In this document: positions 12,975-25,224 of the stretch, in pieces
Layout: every line of letters starts with the position of its first letter
Numbering within the stretch: position 1 is the stretch's first letter
Source of the DNA: Podarcis melisellensis
Taxonomy: Eukaryota
Length of the DNA stretch: 64,000 nt
Reading direction: 5' to 3' (one strand)
NCBI GenBank assembly: GCA_964234715.1
Contig: OZ174275.1
Notes under the pieces: model-generated
What the model was told of the DNA's origin: nothing
The model's database searches: none
Seen by the model: the letters and a program-made list of their open reading frames with translations, nothing else
Program-made: the position numbers and the translations under genes

Positions 12975-13103
12975 AGGGTTCCAGTGGGGTAGCCACCTTT
13001 GTTGCTGGAAAACACACACACACACAGTCCTGTGACATGGTAAAGAATTGATAAATTTATTGTGGCATAAGCCTTTGTGACTATAGTCTGTTTCATCAGA
13101 TGA
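12975..13103. mobile_element. Penelope-like element terminal repeat with decayed minimal hammerhead (minus strand)
   Basis: ggtagcc...agtcctgtgacatggtaaaga...tttattgtggcataagcctttgtgactatagtctgtttcatcagatg; minus strand contains CTGATGA at 13093-13099. Confidence 0.7.
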
Positions 13104-14069
13104 ACAAAATGGAGTTGTTGTTTTTTTTAAAAAAAGTGGGGACTATTCACAAATCTCAGAAACTCTCTTCATTCAAGGTTCTACAGCCTGATTCTGCCCA
13201 ATATCACTTTGTTTTCTGAGATCAACAGGGGGAGGTGTTTTTTTTACACTGCAGCACCTTCACACACCACCTTTAATTCAGTTTCCAGAGACTTGCTGGT
13301 GTTGTGGGAAGTAGCAGCGTGGCCTGGGGCCTCTCCCATAACCAGTGGTACGGAAGAGAGTAGCAGATCAGCAGCTTCCACTCCCAAGGCAATATGAGAA
13401 ATGGGCCTTAGACTGGCTCTCAGATTCTGAAAGCTATTCAGTGGTGAGCATACTCTTGATCAAGATGCCGTAGAAAAAGATAGACACTATTGCTTAGAAA
13501 TAGGAAGCTTTTATCCTGGAATTGTTACATAGTGGTCCTTGGAAATACCACAGGGAATTATAGCTTGGCTAAATCTGTTGTAAATGTTGCCCCACCTGTA
13601 AGAGGCTCATTGGTACGGTGGTTTGTATGTTTTATATATCTATAGTAAGCTGCCAGGATGAACACACCCTTAAAAGAAAATTACCAGCTGGGTTCTCACT
13701 CATCATGTAGGTTGTCAGCAGGCACACACTATGCCAAGAGTAACACTAATGAGCAGATTAGCATATTTAGTTTAAAAATAAATTGCATCCCGAATGAAAC
13801 AGAATTTAAGCAGGAGGAAATGTTTCCCAGTGTGCTGTGGGATGCTAATAAGCAATTGTGCTGCTTTTATCATAATGGAAAAAAACAGAAATGGATTTGG
13901 GTTTCTGATTAGTACCAAACATTTTTCAATTCCTGGTTCCTTTCTGCATCTAAGCTCTAGTAATCACCTTGCTTTGCACAACATAATGAAATATATTAAA
14001 AAGCAAGCCAACTGTATTAAAATATGTTTTCATTTGTAGCCATTATCATAATTATTGCTGTATCCTCTG

Positions 14070-14133
14070 ATACTTCCCATTAATAAAGCTAAAACTAAAC
14101 AATACTTCCCATTAATAAAACTGAAACTAAACA
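14070..14133. repeat. 32-bp tandem duplication
   Basis: atacttcccattaataaagctaaaactaaaca twice, 2 mismatches. Confidence 0.9.
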
Positions 14134-17100
14134 GCAACTATGAAACATTAACAGCTGGTATTAAAAGGCTATTTAAACAGAAACAAGGCAATTTATGTCT
14201 TTATAAAGCTGATGTGTAACGTCTGAAGAGATGTTTTCTGAATTAGGCCCTTACATCATAACACATAAATCAATTAAACTGGATTGCTTGGACCTAAACC
14301 AATTTAGTTCCATTGACTCTAATGGTAGTTAATGGGCTGATATCCAGGTATATTCCACAAGCTCTAAACTCTAGCATGAAGATCGTAATTCATGCTCTGA
14401 ATGTGGAACAATGCGAGATGCACAAGTGACAGTGATGAACAGAAACTTTGTTTAATTGAATGTATAAACAGTGTCCAATACACAGTGCCATCTTTGGAAT
14501 GCATCTTGCAAAATGTATAAAGACGTCAGAATAAATCATGCCATTCTGAATTAAGCATGTTTCTTCTGCTACACTTTCTGTTAAGGGTGTGGCATTTAAA
14601 CATCAACAAAAATAGGGTAGATTTCCATTAACGTTTCCACATACCAATTTATAGTTATAGATGCAAATTTAGAAGCAATTACTCCAAATTAAATAGAAGT
14701 ATAGTACAGAGGAGATGACTTGTTATTTTTGTGATCTGCAAAGATACTGTACAGCTGATTAGACGTACTTCATCCCTCTATGCTTATCACATCATGACTT
14801 GAGCCATCTGATGTTCAGTTGCAAATATTTTTTGTTCTCTGTTCACACATTCAGCGCCATGCGATTGCTGTACACTTAATCAAATGATGAATATGTGAGT
14901 GTGAACCAGGACTGAAACTGGAAGAAGTGGGGTTTGGATATGTGGTGAACTCAGGATGGTGGTGTGAGTGGTGGAATGGTTTCCCTTTGGCCAGGATAAT
15001 CCACAGCAATCAATTAAGTGAGTAGCCACAAATTAGTCAAGCATAGTAGACACCTCAGACTTTTTCAGCTCTTGGGTGTGGCTGATAAAAGGCCTTTGGA
15101 ATGCAGATGCCATTAACAAACAAAAAACCCTTCTTTCTTCTACAGTAGCAATCACCATTCATCAAAGTACGAGGTTCCAAGATGCTATATATAGTTGTGG
15201 TAACATTCTGGAACTGCTTATGTATTTTAAATGAGAACATATCAAGCTGAATAATAACAGCATGTATAGGGCAGACTCTGAGATACAGATACTTGTATCA
15301 GAAATTTGAAAATGAAACCTTCCATATCAAATATGCACCCTACAATATAAAACATGATGCGAAATGACAGATACAATGTGAGGACAGTTTTGAACCCTAA
15401 TTCTAAATGGCATAAAAATGCCCTCTTGGCCCATAAATCAATCCCGTTGTCAGTTATGTCAAAAGTGAAGATCAAAGAGGTAGATGATGGAGTGTTGTAT
15501 TGTACTACTGTCGGCCTTGTAGACACTGTTACAGCATCATCAGGGTCACTTTCTGTCATGATTACTCAAATCTGATCCACTCATCTGATTCCACTTAATG
15601 GAAAACCGTCCTCCCAAGTTCATAAAGTTGTCATACATTAACTATTGATTTGACTTGTGACTAACAATATGATACGTGAGCTCTGATGAACCTTCTTAGG
15701 AATACAATAGCTATGTGATTTCCATACAATTCAGGATAAGTCAGAGTGTCTTCATATAACTTGATTCCATCTTAAGGTTACTTTTTCTTCTTCAATCAAT
15801 AAAGTTGATTGGCACAGTGCAGAATCTAATTATATTGCACATTTATTGATTGTGTAACAAATATGACAAAGATAAGTTCTTTCCATTGGGGAATCGTTAC
15901 TTTTCTAGTATTGTAAAATATATATATATATATGTCTATCAACTCAATGGGATGCAACTAATCCATTTGGCTTCCCCAGGTCCTATAGTTTTCACAAATC
16001 ACACTAAAATGGTGAAACTCCCCTGTTTGGAAAATACAGTATTTAAATTGCTGACTTTCTTTCAAAGAATGTGTAACTCTTCTTCTGTATTACATTCACG
16101 AGTTTAGTGTCCAGAAGATTTGATTTGAACCTTTTCAAGCAGCTTCCAAGTATGGCAGCCAGTTTGTTGAATCCTTCGGTTACAAATGAAAAAATGACTT
16201 GAATAACTCCTCAATAGGTGTTTCTCTCTCTCTGCTGCATTTAAACAGTTTGTGGTGTGGTGGTGTCAGAGCCAGTCTACTGTTGAGACGAGGTGAAGCA
16301 CCTACTTCAGGTGGTGGAGGTGCAAGAAGCAGAGTCCCGCTTACCTTACTGCTTTCAGCACGCTGTGTTGCCACTCGTCTTCCCCATCCTGGGGTGGAGA
16401 AGACAAGCAACAATGCCTTGTAGAACACCTAGACTCTCACTGTGTTCAGCAAGAGGGGGAGCAGTCTGGTGGTGGAGGAAGTGGTGGTGGGTCACAGCGC
16501 AGCGGCATGGCTTGGTGTGGCATGGGAGCAGGAAGTGGCAGGAAGGCCTCTCCTGGGTAGTGCGTTTCCTTTCTCATTCTCAACAGGGATTATCTGTGCT
16601 GTTGCTGTGGAGGAACACTCCAACTGGCTAGAAATAAGCATCATTTTAAAGACATTATTGCAAGAATTCACTTTTCTCTAACTTGCACTAGAGTTAGTTT
16701 GTACTTCTTAAGAAACTGGTCTGCCTTCAAAAAGAAAAAAAGAAATAAGCCTAAAGGAGATTTCACATAGAAAGCAAAATGAATAAATAAAATAAAATAA
16801 TCGCATGACAGTCTTATAAAGGAAACATGTGTTTTAAACAATGGGTTTTAGGTTATAATTATTCTACTATTTAAAGTTCAATGCATTTTATTTATCTTCT
16901 TCCCTCCTTTCTTTTCTGTTCCTAAGAAGCCAAACAGAACTCTAAACCAGCATTAAGATTTCCTATCAAAGAGAAAAACAGAAGCTTGCTGTTTCCATTT
17001 GCCAGATTTAAGTTCAATCAGGAGAGACCCATTAATTTATGCACTGTAAATATGCATATGTACTCTTCTTGTTGGCCACAGCAGTTTCTGAATTCAGACA

Positions 17101-17929
17101 GTTTAAACATAGCCTAATTTAGTGCAAACTTCATTCATTCTGTTTTGGTGTCTCCCTTTACCTGTCTCATTACACTGAGGACCTTGTTATTCATTTGTCT
17201 GTCTGGGTTGTTATAGGAAGCATATGGTAGTTATTTTAAACCTACCTGATGACAATGGTTAGTTCTTTTTGGGTGCTTTTAATAACTGCATGACAAGGGA
17301 GAAATTCAGCAGGTGCTGCTTTCCCTTTTATGGAGCTAGAATGACAGCAAAGCCTTGTGCAGAGATTTGGTGGTGTTATTGTCTATTTATGGTGAGAAGT
17401 TCATGATCCACCCTGCCTCTGTACCAGAATCGTACAGTGCTGGGGGTCATGAACCAGTAGAGCCCAGGCGCCTTATTCCTTGTATCACTGGAGTAGTTCT
17501 CATGTGGAGGGGACTATCAATCCTCCCGCTGCTGGCCAGAGCAGGCCCTGCTGCTCTTCAGCCCAGCTGAACCAGGTGGCTTCAGGAACCAATAGAAATA
17601 CAACAGTTGCTCCAGGTTTTTCATTCTGAGCAATTTGCCTCTGAGAAGTTGAAGAGGATCCTCTTGTGTCACCTCATTGTCTGCATGCCTATTCTAGAAC
17701 CTGGACATCACCCATCTTCAGCCACATCGTCTGCCTCTGGCTCTTCTGGGATCAGACCTATGTCCTCTTTCTGTATCAGACCAAAGGCCCATCCTGTTCT
17801 CACAGTAGCCAACCAAATGAGCACGAGAGCTCTGCAAACATAATTTGAGTGAAACAGCACTCTGAGAAACCCATCAACCAGTATTTAGAGGCATGGTGTC
17901 TCTGACAGCAGAGGGAGAACATAGTCCTT

Positions 17930-18012
17930 GTGGGTAATAGACACTGACAGCCTTAACCTCCATGAATTTGCCTAATCCTATTTTAAAGCCATCCAATTTG
18001 GTGGCCATTACC
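17930..18012 (-). mobile_element. CR1 3' fragment
   Basis: ctccatgaatttgcctaatcctattttaaagccatccaatttggtggccattac. Confidence 0.65.
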
Positions 18013-18054
18013 CTTGTCGAGACCTGAAAGATGTCATGTGTATCATAGAATGCT

Positions 18055-18230
18055 TTATTAATAATAATTAATTACCCACCCGTTACCGAAATGTCTCAGG
18101 GTAGGTTCTAACAATTAAAACACATTTCAAGAACAGTTTAAAGTAACTGTTAACCACAAAAATAAGGTGGGTCCTGAAATATATGCATCTCAAGTGACAA
18201 AAGCCATGTAAAGAGGTGTGTTTTAACAGG
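18055..18230 (-). mobile_element. L2-type 3' end
   Basis: tttatta...acccacccgttaccgaaatgtctcagggtaggtt...aattaaaac; inverted squamate L2 tail. Confidence 0.5.
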
Positions 18231-19424
18231 CCAGTGTAGGCACATTCACTTCCCATGATCTGTAGTGTACAGACATTACATGCACACATTCTACTGTATC
18301 TGTTGACACCTGGGCACGTGCAAAGAGTGGGCACTTCTGCTAGAATCACAATTGTCCATCCAAGCCCACAGAAAGATGGTACTGAATGCCTGCCCAGGGC
18401 TATTCTATGTACTCAGTAAACTTATTTAAAAATTACAACAAATTCTCACTCTCCTTCTCAGCTGTGCCTGTTCCAGCAAACTCTGACTTGCCTCTGATGG
18501 CTCACCTGGTTTTATATAACAGAAAATCCAAGAGTTACAGCTGTCTATTGTGCTGACTTCACTGCCCTGTGCAGCTGATGAGATTCACAGACACCAGTGC
18601 ACTTGAAAGCATATAATTCTATCAGTCCTTCCTATTTGGCCATTCACTTCAAAAAGAGGGGGGAAAGGGTGTGTGTGACAAGATTATAAAATAAGTAAAT
18701 GAGTAAATAAGTAAATAAGTAAATAAATGATAATGTGTCTGCAGTGTTCGCTGCTTTTGCTATCACATTTTTGTCCCTGGTTTGGTTTGCAAGCGAAGAA
18801 GTGTTATAAGCATCTTTAATAATCTGCATCACATTTGAGGATATGAAAAACAGATGGTAGGCGTTCCACAGAAAACTGTGTGAGGATCCAGACTGGGAGA
18901 TCTGGATTTTGATGACATTTATTTTCGCAAACCAGATTTCATGTGAAATGGGAACGTTAACTAGGTTCTGGAAAGCCTTTCTGATCTGCTGGAAGGGATG
19001 GGGAGGGAGAACTGAGCAAGACCCCAGAAGACTTGCGTATGGGATCTCTCGAAGCAATAGTCGAGTGAAAAAGCACACTTTGCAGATCATGGTCCATTAC
19101 TAGGGATGCAGCAGCCTACATCACAGAAGCAAGAAGATGGGACAAGGCAGGACACAAGAGCAACTGGTAAACATGTGGGAAAGCAGCTCTGACAGTGAAG
19201 ACAGAGCAGAGGCCAGAAGATGAGATGGCACTGTTGGCTCCATCGCTTAGAAAAAGAAGAGGTTTTTAAAAAGATTTTAAAGTACAACCTTGTCAAAATA
19301 CTTATTTATTTTGTATGTGAATTTATTATTATGAATGAGAAATGGACTATATTGCCTTCTTCCCAGCTTCTCCTTTGCAACTTTACACAAAAAGACAACC
19401 TTGTAGATCAGCCCACAAGAGATA

Positions 19425-19642
19425 CAGTGGTACCTTGGGTTACAGACACTTCAGGTTACAGACTCCGCTACCCCAGAAATAGTACCTTGGGTTAAGAACT
19501 TTGCTTCAGGATGAGAACAGAAATTATGCGGCGGCGGCAGCAGGAGGCCCCATTAGCTAAAGTGGTACCTCAGGTTAAGAACAGTTTCAGGTTAAGAACA
19601 GACCTCCAGAACGAATTAAGTTCTTAACCCAAGGTACCACTG
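19425..19642. mobile_element. Tigger-like MITE family A copy 4
   Basis: TA|CAGTGGTACCTTGGGTTA...TAACCCAAGGTACCACTG|TA, perfect 18-bp TIRs. Confidence 0.92.
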
Positions 19643-21174
19643 TACTAGTGTGCAATACCCAACACCCCTTCAGATCCTGCTAGGCACTGGCAAAAGAGGA
19701 ACTTTGCTTTCCATCTGTCCTGCTCCTCATTCCTTGCTGCACTTCATTTAGGACACAGAAGAGAGCATTTTTCTGCTTTAGCAATTTGTTTCTTTGCTGG
19801 AAGAAGAGGAGGGATAGAGTGCTGCATACCTCCTCTGCTATTCCATCTATTTCTCTGCTTTGAATTCATTCTTGTCTATGGCTTCCAGGCTATTGTTTTA
19901 AATGCAAGGCTATCCTAAAATGAGATTACTAGTTGTAGCAGGAAAGACAAGTAAAGAGAATTTTTTTCTTTACTGAGATCTAACCTAAATTTTATTTTGT
20001 GTATCATATTGGTAATGTTAATTCTAGGTATGAGGGATCCACAAATACAGTTGCCGGTTTACCAGTGACCACCATGAAATAATTTATGGCAAGCCTTTAT
20101 TGTACTCCATCTTAAGAGCAATAACATTTCTTTAAAAAAAAGAGATTGACAACACGGAGAATCACAGCATGTTTCTTTCAAAATAGTGGTTGGCTCTGTC
20201 ATGCTGGATGTAGCATCAGTGTCAGCAATTGGAGAGAATTGCTGCTTTCTACACACACACACACCCTCCTTGAGCTTCCAGATGAGGTCAAACAAGGCAC
20301 ACATTCCTTGTAAGATTCCATCTTTGAGTATTACTTATCTTCCTAAGATTTCTTTAACACCTAGAAGTATAGGACAGAAGCCCTTTTCTGCAGTCCTTTC
20401 TTGACAATAGCTGTGCAAACCTCGAGCTCACCTGACCAAGTATCGGATAGCGATAATAACAGGCAGAAGCTCTTTATATGCATTTTGTGTTCATAATTCA
20501 ATCCTAAGAACCTCAAGCCTAAGACACTCCAAAGTGTAAGAAGCTTCTGCTACAAATTCATATTATAACTCGTGCAGTAAGTGATATGATATGTGATGTT
20601 GTGGAAAGTCTCATTTGCAGCAAGCACCAGGGTTCTTTGTTCATTGAATGGAGAAGGTGATCCTTTTGCAGTTTGAGTCATCTTGCCTTGAAAAAGGAAT
20701 GTGAGACATCACATGTAAAAATAAAATTGTTCTCACATTGTGAATAAGGGCAGCAGAATGTATTGGACATCAAGGAATTTGATTAGATTGTATTCCTGCT
20801 ATGTTCTGCAGAAGTCTAGTTCACTGATTAAATAGCAACAGTGCCAATATTAGAACTAATATTGTATTTGGTTGAGAATGCAGGACAGAATGAATTAGGT
20901 TGTGTATATCAAACCATAAGTTAATGAGAAATTGAGAATGAGCGAGTGAGTGCTATATTTTACCAAGTGAAAGACAGTCATGAATGAAAGGCAACAGCTA
21001 ATCATTGGACAAGGTTATATTTTCAGCTATTCTCCTTTGAGAGCCATCTTTCTGAATGGGGATGCAACACTCAACTTTGTTCTCCTATTACTCCTTGTCT
21101 GTGTTTTTCAAGTAGACCATACTAGCAACCTTGTATCCAGGATTGCTTGGGAATTCTAAGAAACTAAAAAAATG

Positions 21175-21430
21175 AATGCAGTTTTGAAATTGGTTAAAAT
21201 CAGTGCAATTTTGAAAAGTTCAGTCTGCCATCTTGATTCAAAATGGCATCAAATTAGATCCAGACCTGTGCATCAATCTCAAGAACCACCGTACAAAATT
21301 TGGTTAAAATCTTTGCAGTTTTGAAAGGCTCCAGCTGCCATCTAATTTTCTTGAAACATACTGTAGATGAAAACATGCTCCTTGATCTCAGGCAAATGTA
21401 GTTATGATATCTTCAGATGTGTCCAAATGT
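21175..21430. repeat. Old repeat with internal direct repeats (probable DNA-transposon relic)
   Basis: The unit aaattggttaaaatc...gca.ttttgaaa.g...ctgccatct occurs twice (about 21187 and 21297); palindromic gccatcttgattcaaaatggc. Confidence 0.45.
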
Positions 21431-22611
21431 ATAGTTGCCAGAGAAATAACCCTCCAAAATATATAGTAGATTAATTCATTTATTCATTTACCATGCGTCT
21501 GTTCAAGACCCAAAGCAATTAGGTCATGATGCCAACTGGAAATGATGCAAGCTGATGTAATTAGAGTTGAGCTAAATTGTTATGAATTTGAGCGGTCTGG
21601 TCGTCAATCTATCTTACAGGCCACACAGCTTAGGGAAGCTCCCAAGTTTTGGAGCAAAGCAGCTGTGTAATCCTTCTTTTGGCAATAGTTGTCCAATCCT
21701 TGAACTTGTCTGACCAAGTCTGGGGTAACCAGACAGCTAAAATATAGGTAGGGATTTTTTATATACCTTTTGTAAACCTTCCTCACTTTTACCAACTGCA
21801 TGGCCTGTGAGGAGGTCTTGCAGAGAGAGATGAACTGACTCTGCCCAAGCTTGAGTTCATTGCTGGGGTTGGGGGTTGGAACAGCTGTCCTTGCTTCCAA
21901 GGTTTAGAAGACTTCCTGGCCTATGGCTTGTGGGCTAGCTTGGGAAATGTATGAAGTATCTTGGAGACTTAAAAATCATTTGGGTGGCTGGGTAATTACA
22001 TAGTTCAGCATAAGCTGCAATCATTTCCCAGGTTACATCTCTTTTGTATGTGGAAAGCCAAGTGAACTTCTTCCCCTCACTCAATGTGATATACTCTTCT
22101 TCCCCTCACAGAGGCCTAAGGTAAAGGCCACAGGCCAAGAACACACTTCGGGTTCTTACCCCTTAAATAAGCCAAAGGCTTCTGCCTTTTCCAGGAGCTT
22201 GGCTTTTAAAGTACCTGGAGGTGGGAGGCAAAATAACTATCAAATATAATATAAAATAACTATAAAACAAATTACTCCAGGAGTTGCAGGTGGAATATAG
22301 GCAACTACTTCCTTCCTCAACTAACAATGAAGAAGTGTGTTTTGAATCCCCCCCCAATCTTGTAAACTGTATTAAATTTTTTATAGAGGTGGAAAGAGGA
22401 GTAGAACCAGTGCTTTTTTCCGGGGGGACATGTGGGGACTCAGATGTACACATACCCCTAAACATTTTGTGAATCTTTGTACTTTTGTCCATTTACTGTA
22501 TTTATTTTTCCCAATATGAACTATAAAATGGTGATTTTCTTGAGTCAAAATGAGAGCACCCCCTAAACATTTTTTAAAGAAAAAAAGCACTAAGTAGAAC
22601 TATGATGCACA

Positions 22612-22790
22612 AACCATAGGTCAGTGGTGGAGTCTATGCTTTTCATGCAGAAGGCTCAGCCTTTGGGGAGAGTTGTGCCTGAAATCCGAGAGAGCCACTA
22701 CCAGTCAGTAGTGGACCAGTCACTACCAGACATTTCCAAGTCTGGTAAGCCCATGGTCTGGCTTGCTATCAGGCATCTTCCCGAGGTATT
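22612..22790 (+). mobile_element. tRNA-headed SINE with CR1-like tail (relatives at about 47317-47435 and 56080-56190, both minus)
   Basis: ccataggtcagtggtggag...tgcttttcatgcagaagg head; gcctgaaatcc...gagagccactaccagtcagt...atggtctggcttg..aggcatcttcc body. Confidence 0.6.
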
Positions 22791-24242
22791 GGCAATTGTA
22801 AAAACGATTTGCTAGGGATGAATCCCTGTCCTCTAGCACACTTTGTTACTGTACTCTGAAACTGTCAAAGGCAATTAGATTCAAAGCCATTTTATGTTTC
22901 AGCAGAGCTGATCTATATGAGAAGTATGACAAATTTCATACTTGAAATTCTTTGTATTCTACAAGAAAGCTTTGTTGCTTTAAGGCCCTGGCAGCATGGT
23001 ACGTGCATCAGAAAGGTCAGGATGATATGTTTCTGTCAAGAAATGCATTCAATTTGGGTAGCGGGGGGAGGAATTGATAAAAGTACGCACAACGCAGAGG
23101 TGACTTTGAGCATCTACCAAATCCAGCCATGATCCTGGGTGAAAAGCTCCCATTTATGTCAGATTTGTACTTTAACAATCTTGACAAGATAAGGCCTAAG
23201 GACAAAAGTCAATGGCTTGCTCTTTAAGCGCCTGATGAATAAGACCAGTTGCTGCTAGAGCGCCACATCACCGACTGAGCAATGAGCCTCTCAATGGTGT
23301 GTGAAGGGAGATCCCATTCCAACTTTTCTTTACCACTCTGTGAAAGGTCTTAGGTCATTTGTACTATGATCACTTTATTAACACAAGAGAAATACCTGCA
23401 CCAGATCCAATCTCCCAGCACTTTACCTATGCTTAAGTTCTGTTACTGTGTCTACCAGAGCCACACAAGGCTGAAGACTAAGGGTGGATTTAAGGTGGGT
23501 GAGTCTGCCTTTGTCCATGTGTGATTATGCCACAGGAGCATATTTGTCTATATACACACTCAAGTGCCTGTTATTATAATTTGAATTGGCCTACATGTAC
23601 TATGTATGAGTGCCAGAGACACAAACCTGTTTATTATGGTGCGTTCAACAGACATAAACATTGAACAAGAATCTTCTTAAAATGATTAATTGCCTCTTAA
23701 AATACTGCATGGTACAAAATTTAACTTTAGACAAATGTAATTGTGGGTCTTTGGGCCTTGGTGAGGGTCACTTACATAGAGAATGAGGTGCGTGTGTGAA
23801 ATGAAACCAGCTGTGCCCAGAACCCAGATTTATTCTGTCGTCACCTGAATATAGGGAAAGTTTGGTTTCAATATTTAAGACAAATTGATAGTGGAGAAGC
23901 ATTTACGGTACAAGTGATGAAATATAAACAAAACTGTCCTTGAATGGAGGCTGAACAAATAACGATTCTGCTGGAGGTATTGATCTTTAAGTCCTTGAGG
24001 TAGTGGGCTATGTTTTCCAGTAATGCTTTCCCATTATGCATTTGACTTGGCATAGAAATGCTGCGTACGTAGCTAAATGCTTAAACATTACACTAAATGG
24101 AGGGTCCTGAGCTTCCACAGTGGTGAACAAAGACAGACACAATGAATGGAAGGTGGAGTTTTATATGGATATTTTGATACAAAGACGCTTAAAAACACAC
24201 ACACATGCCACAATTTTGTGAAAGAGAAAATACATTGCGTTC

Positions 24243-24306
24243 GAAAACGTGACAGGGCAGTTCCCCCACCCCTGTCTTAAAAAGAAATGTTGATGATATA
24301 CCTTAA
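24243..24306. repeat. 64-bp exact direct repeat, copy 1
   Basis: gaaaacgtgacagggcagttcccccacccctgtcttaaaaagaaatgttgatgatataccttaa, identical to 24903-24966. Confidence 0.95.
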
Positions 24307-24902
24307 ACTGATATACCTTAACAGTGAGGGTTCGCAAATCCACAGGAAGTCTTCACAAACACAGGACACTTCCTGCTTCAAATAGCTAAGCTACACTCAC
24401 CCCACTAGTGCACTCCCATGCGCACACCCATCCACACTCCTCTCATATGTTTTCTTAAGACTTCATGGTAATTTCTCAAGAGGGCTTTAAACGAATGGGG
24501 AAATGGTGCTGAAGCTTCAGTCAGCTGGGCTCATCTACTAAATTATTATCTTCTGAATGCTAGGTACTGGGTGAGGTATATGTGCGAATAGGTATCAGGG
24601 GCACTCACCCACTGTGCAAAATCTTTCCACGCCTTTCATAACTTGTGAAAACTTGCCCAAAGGGAGCCTGTTGTGCAGCAGAAGAAAATATTTGCCAAAT
24701 ATGCCTCTCGCTTTGGCTCATCCCTACAAAGTGTGTGCTTTGTTTAACTGAGAGAGAGAGAAAGCCACAACCCCAAAGCTGCAGCAGAATCTTTTCAGCA
24801 CAGAGATGGAACGTGTGGTCAGAGCAGAACGAAGGCACATGTGAAGGGGGCATAAATAATTCATTTCCTCCCTTTGTTTCCATTCATCCCATTGTTTATT
24901 TT

Positions 24903-24966
24903 GAAAACGTGACAGGGCAGTTCCCCCACCCCTGTCTTAAAAAGAAATGTTGATGATATACCTTAA
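24903..24966. repeat. 64-bp exact direct repeat, copy 2
   Basis: Identical to 24243-24306, offset 660 bp. Confidence 0.95.
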
Positions 24967-25224
24967 CTTCCGGCTCTTTTTCTCAGTCACGTTAATATTC
25001 ATTTGCAAAAGTAAATTGGTTCATGTAGTCATTTACTTGGAATTTATGTACTAATATTTAGACTCCAGAGTGTTTTAATTAATGCAATGTGATAAGGGGA
25101 GACTTTTGTGCTAAGAACGTTTTGGGGAATGATGCAGATGAAAAATGCCTTTCTTTCAGATCTCTTCTACTTCAGCACCTGTCCTACTGATGGGGCTCAG
25201 CAGCATTAGAACTATTTCATTTGC

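Noticed and set aside
18644-19090. 148-aa minus-strand ORF
   Set aside because: Ends in an AAAT-type repeat (FIYLFTYLLIYLF); no recognisable homology or splice context.
24290-24312. Box C/D snoRNA (TGATGA...CTGA)
   Set aside because: The boxes are only about 10 nt apart, and the CTGA arises from the local duplication.
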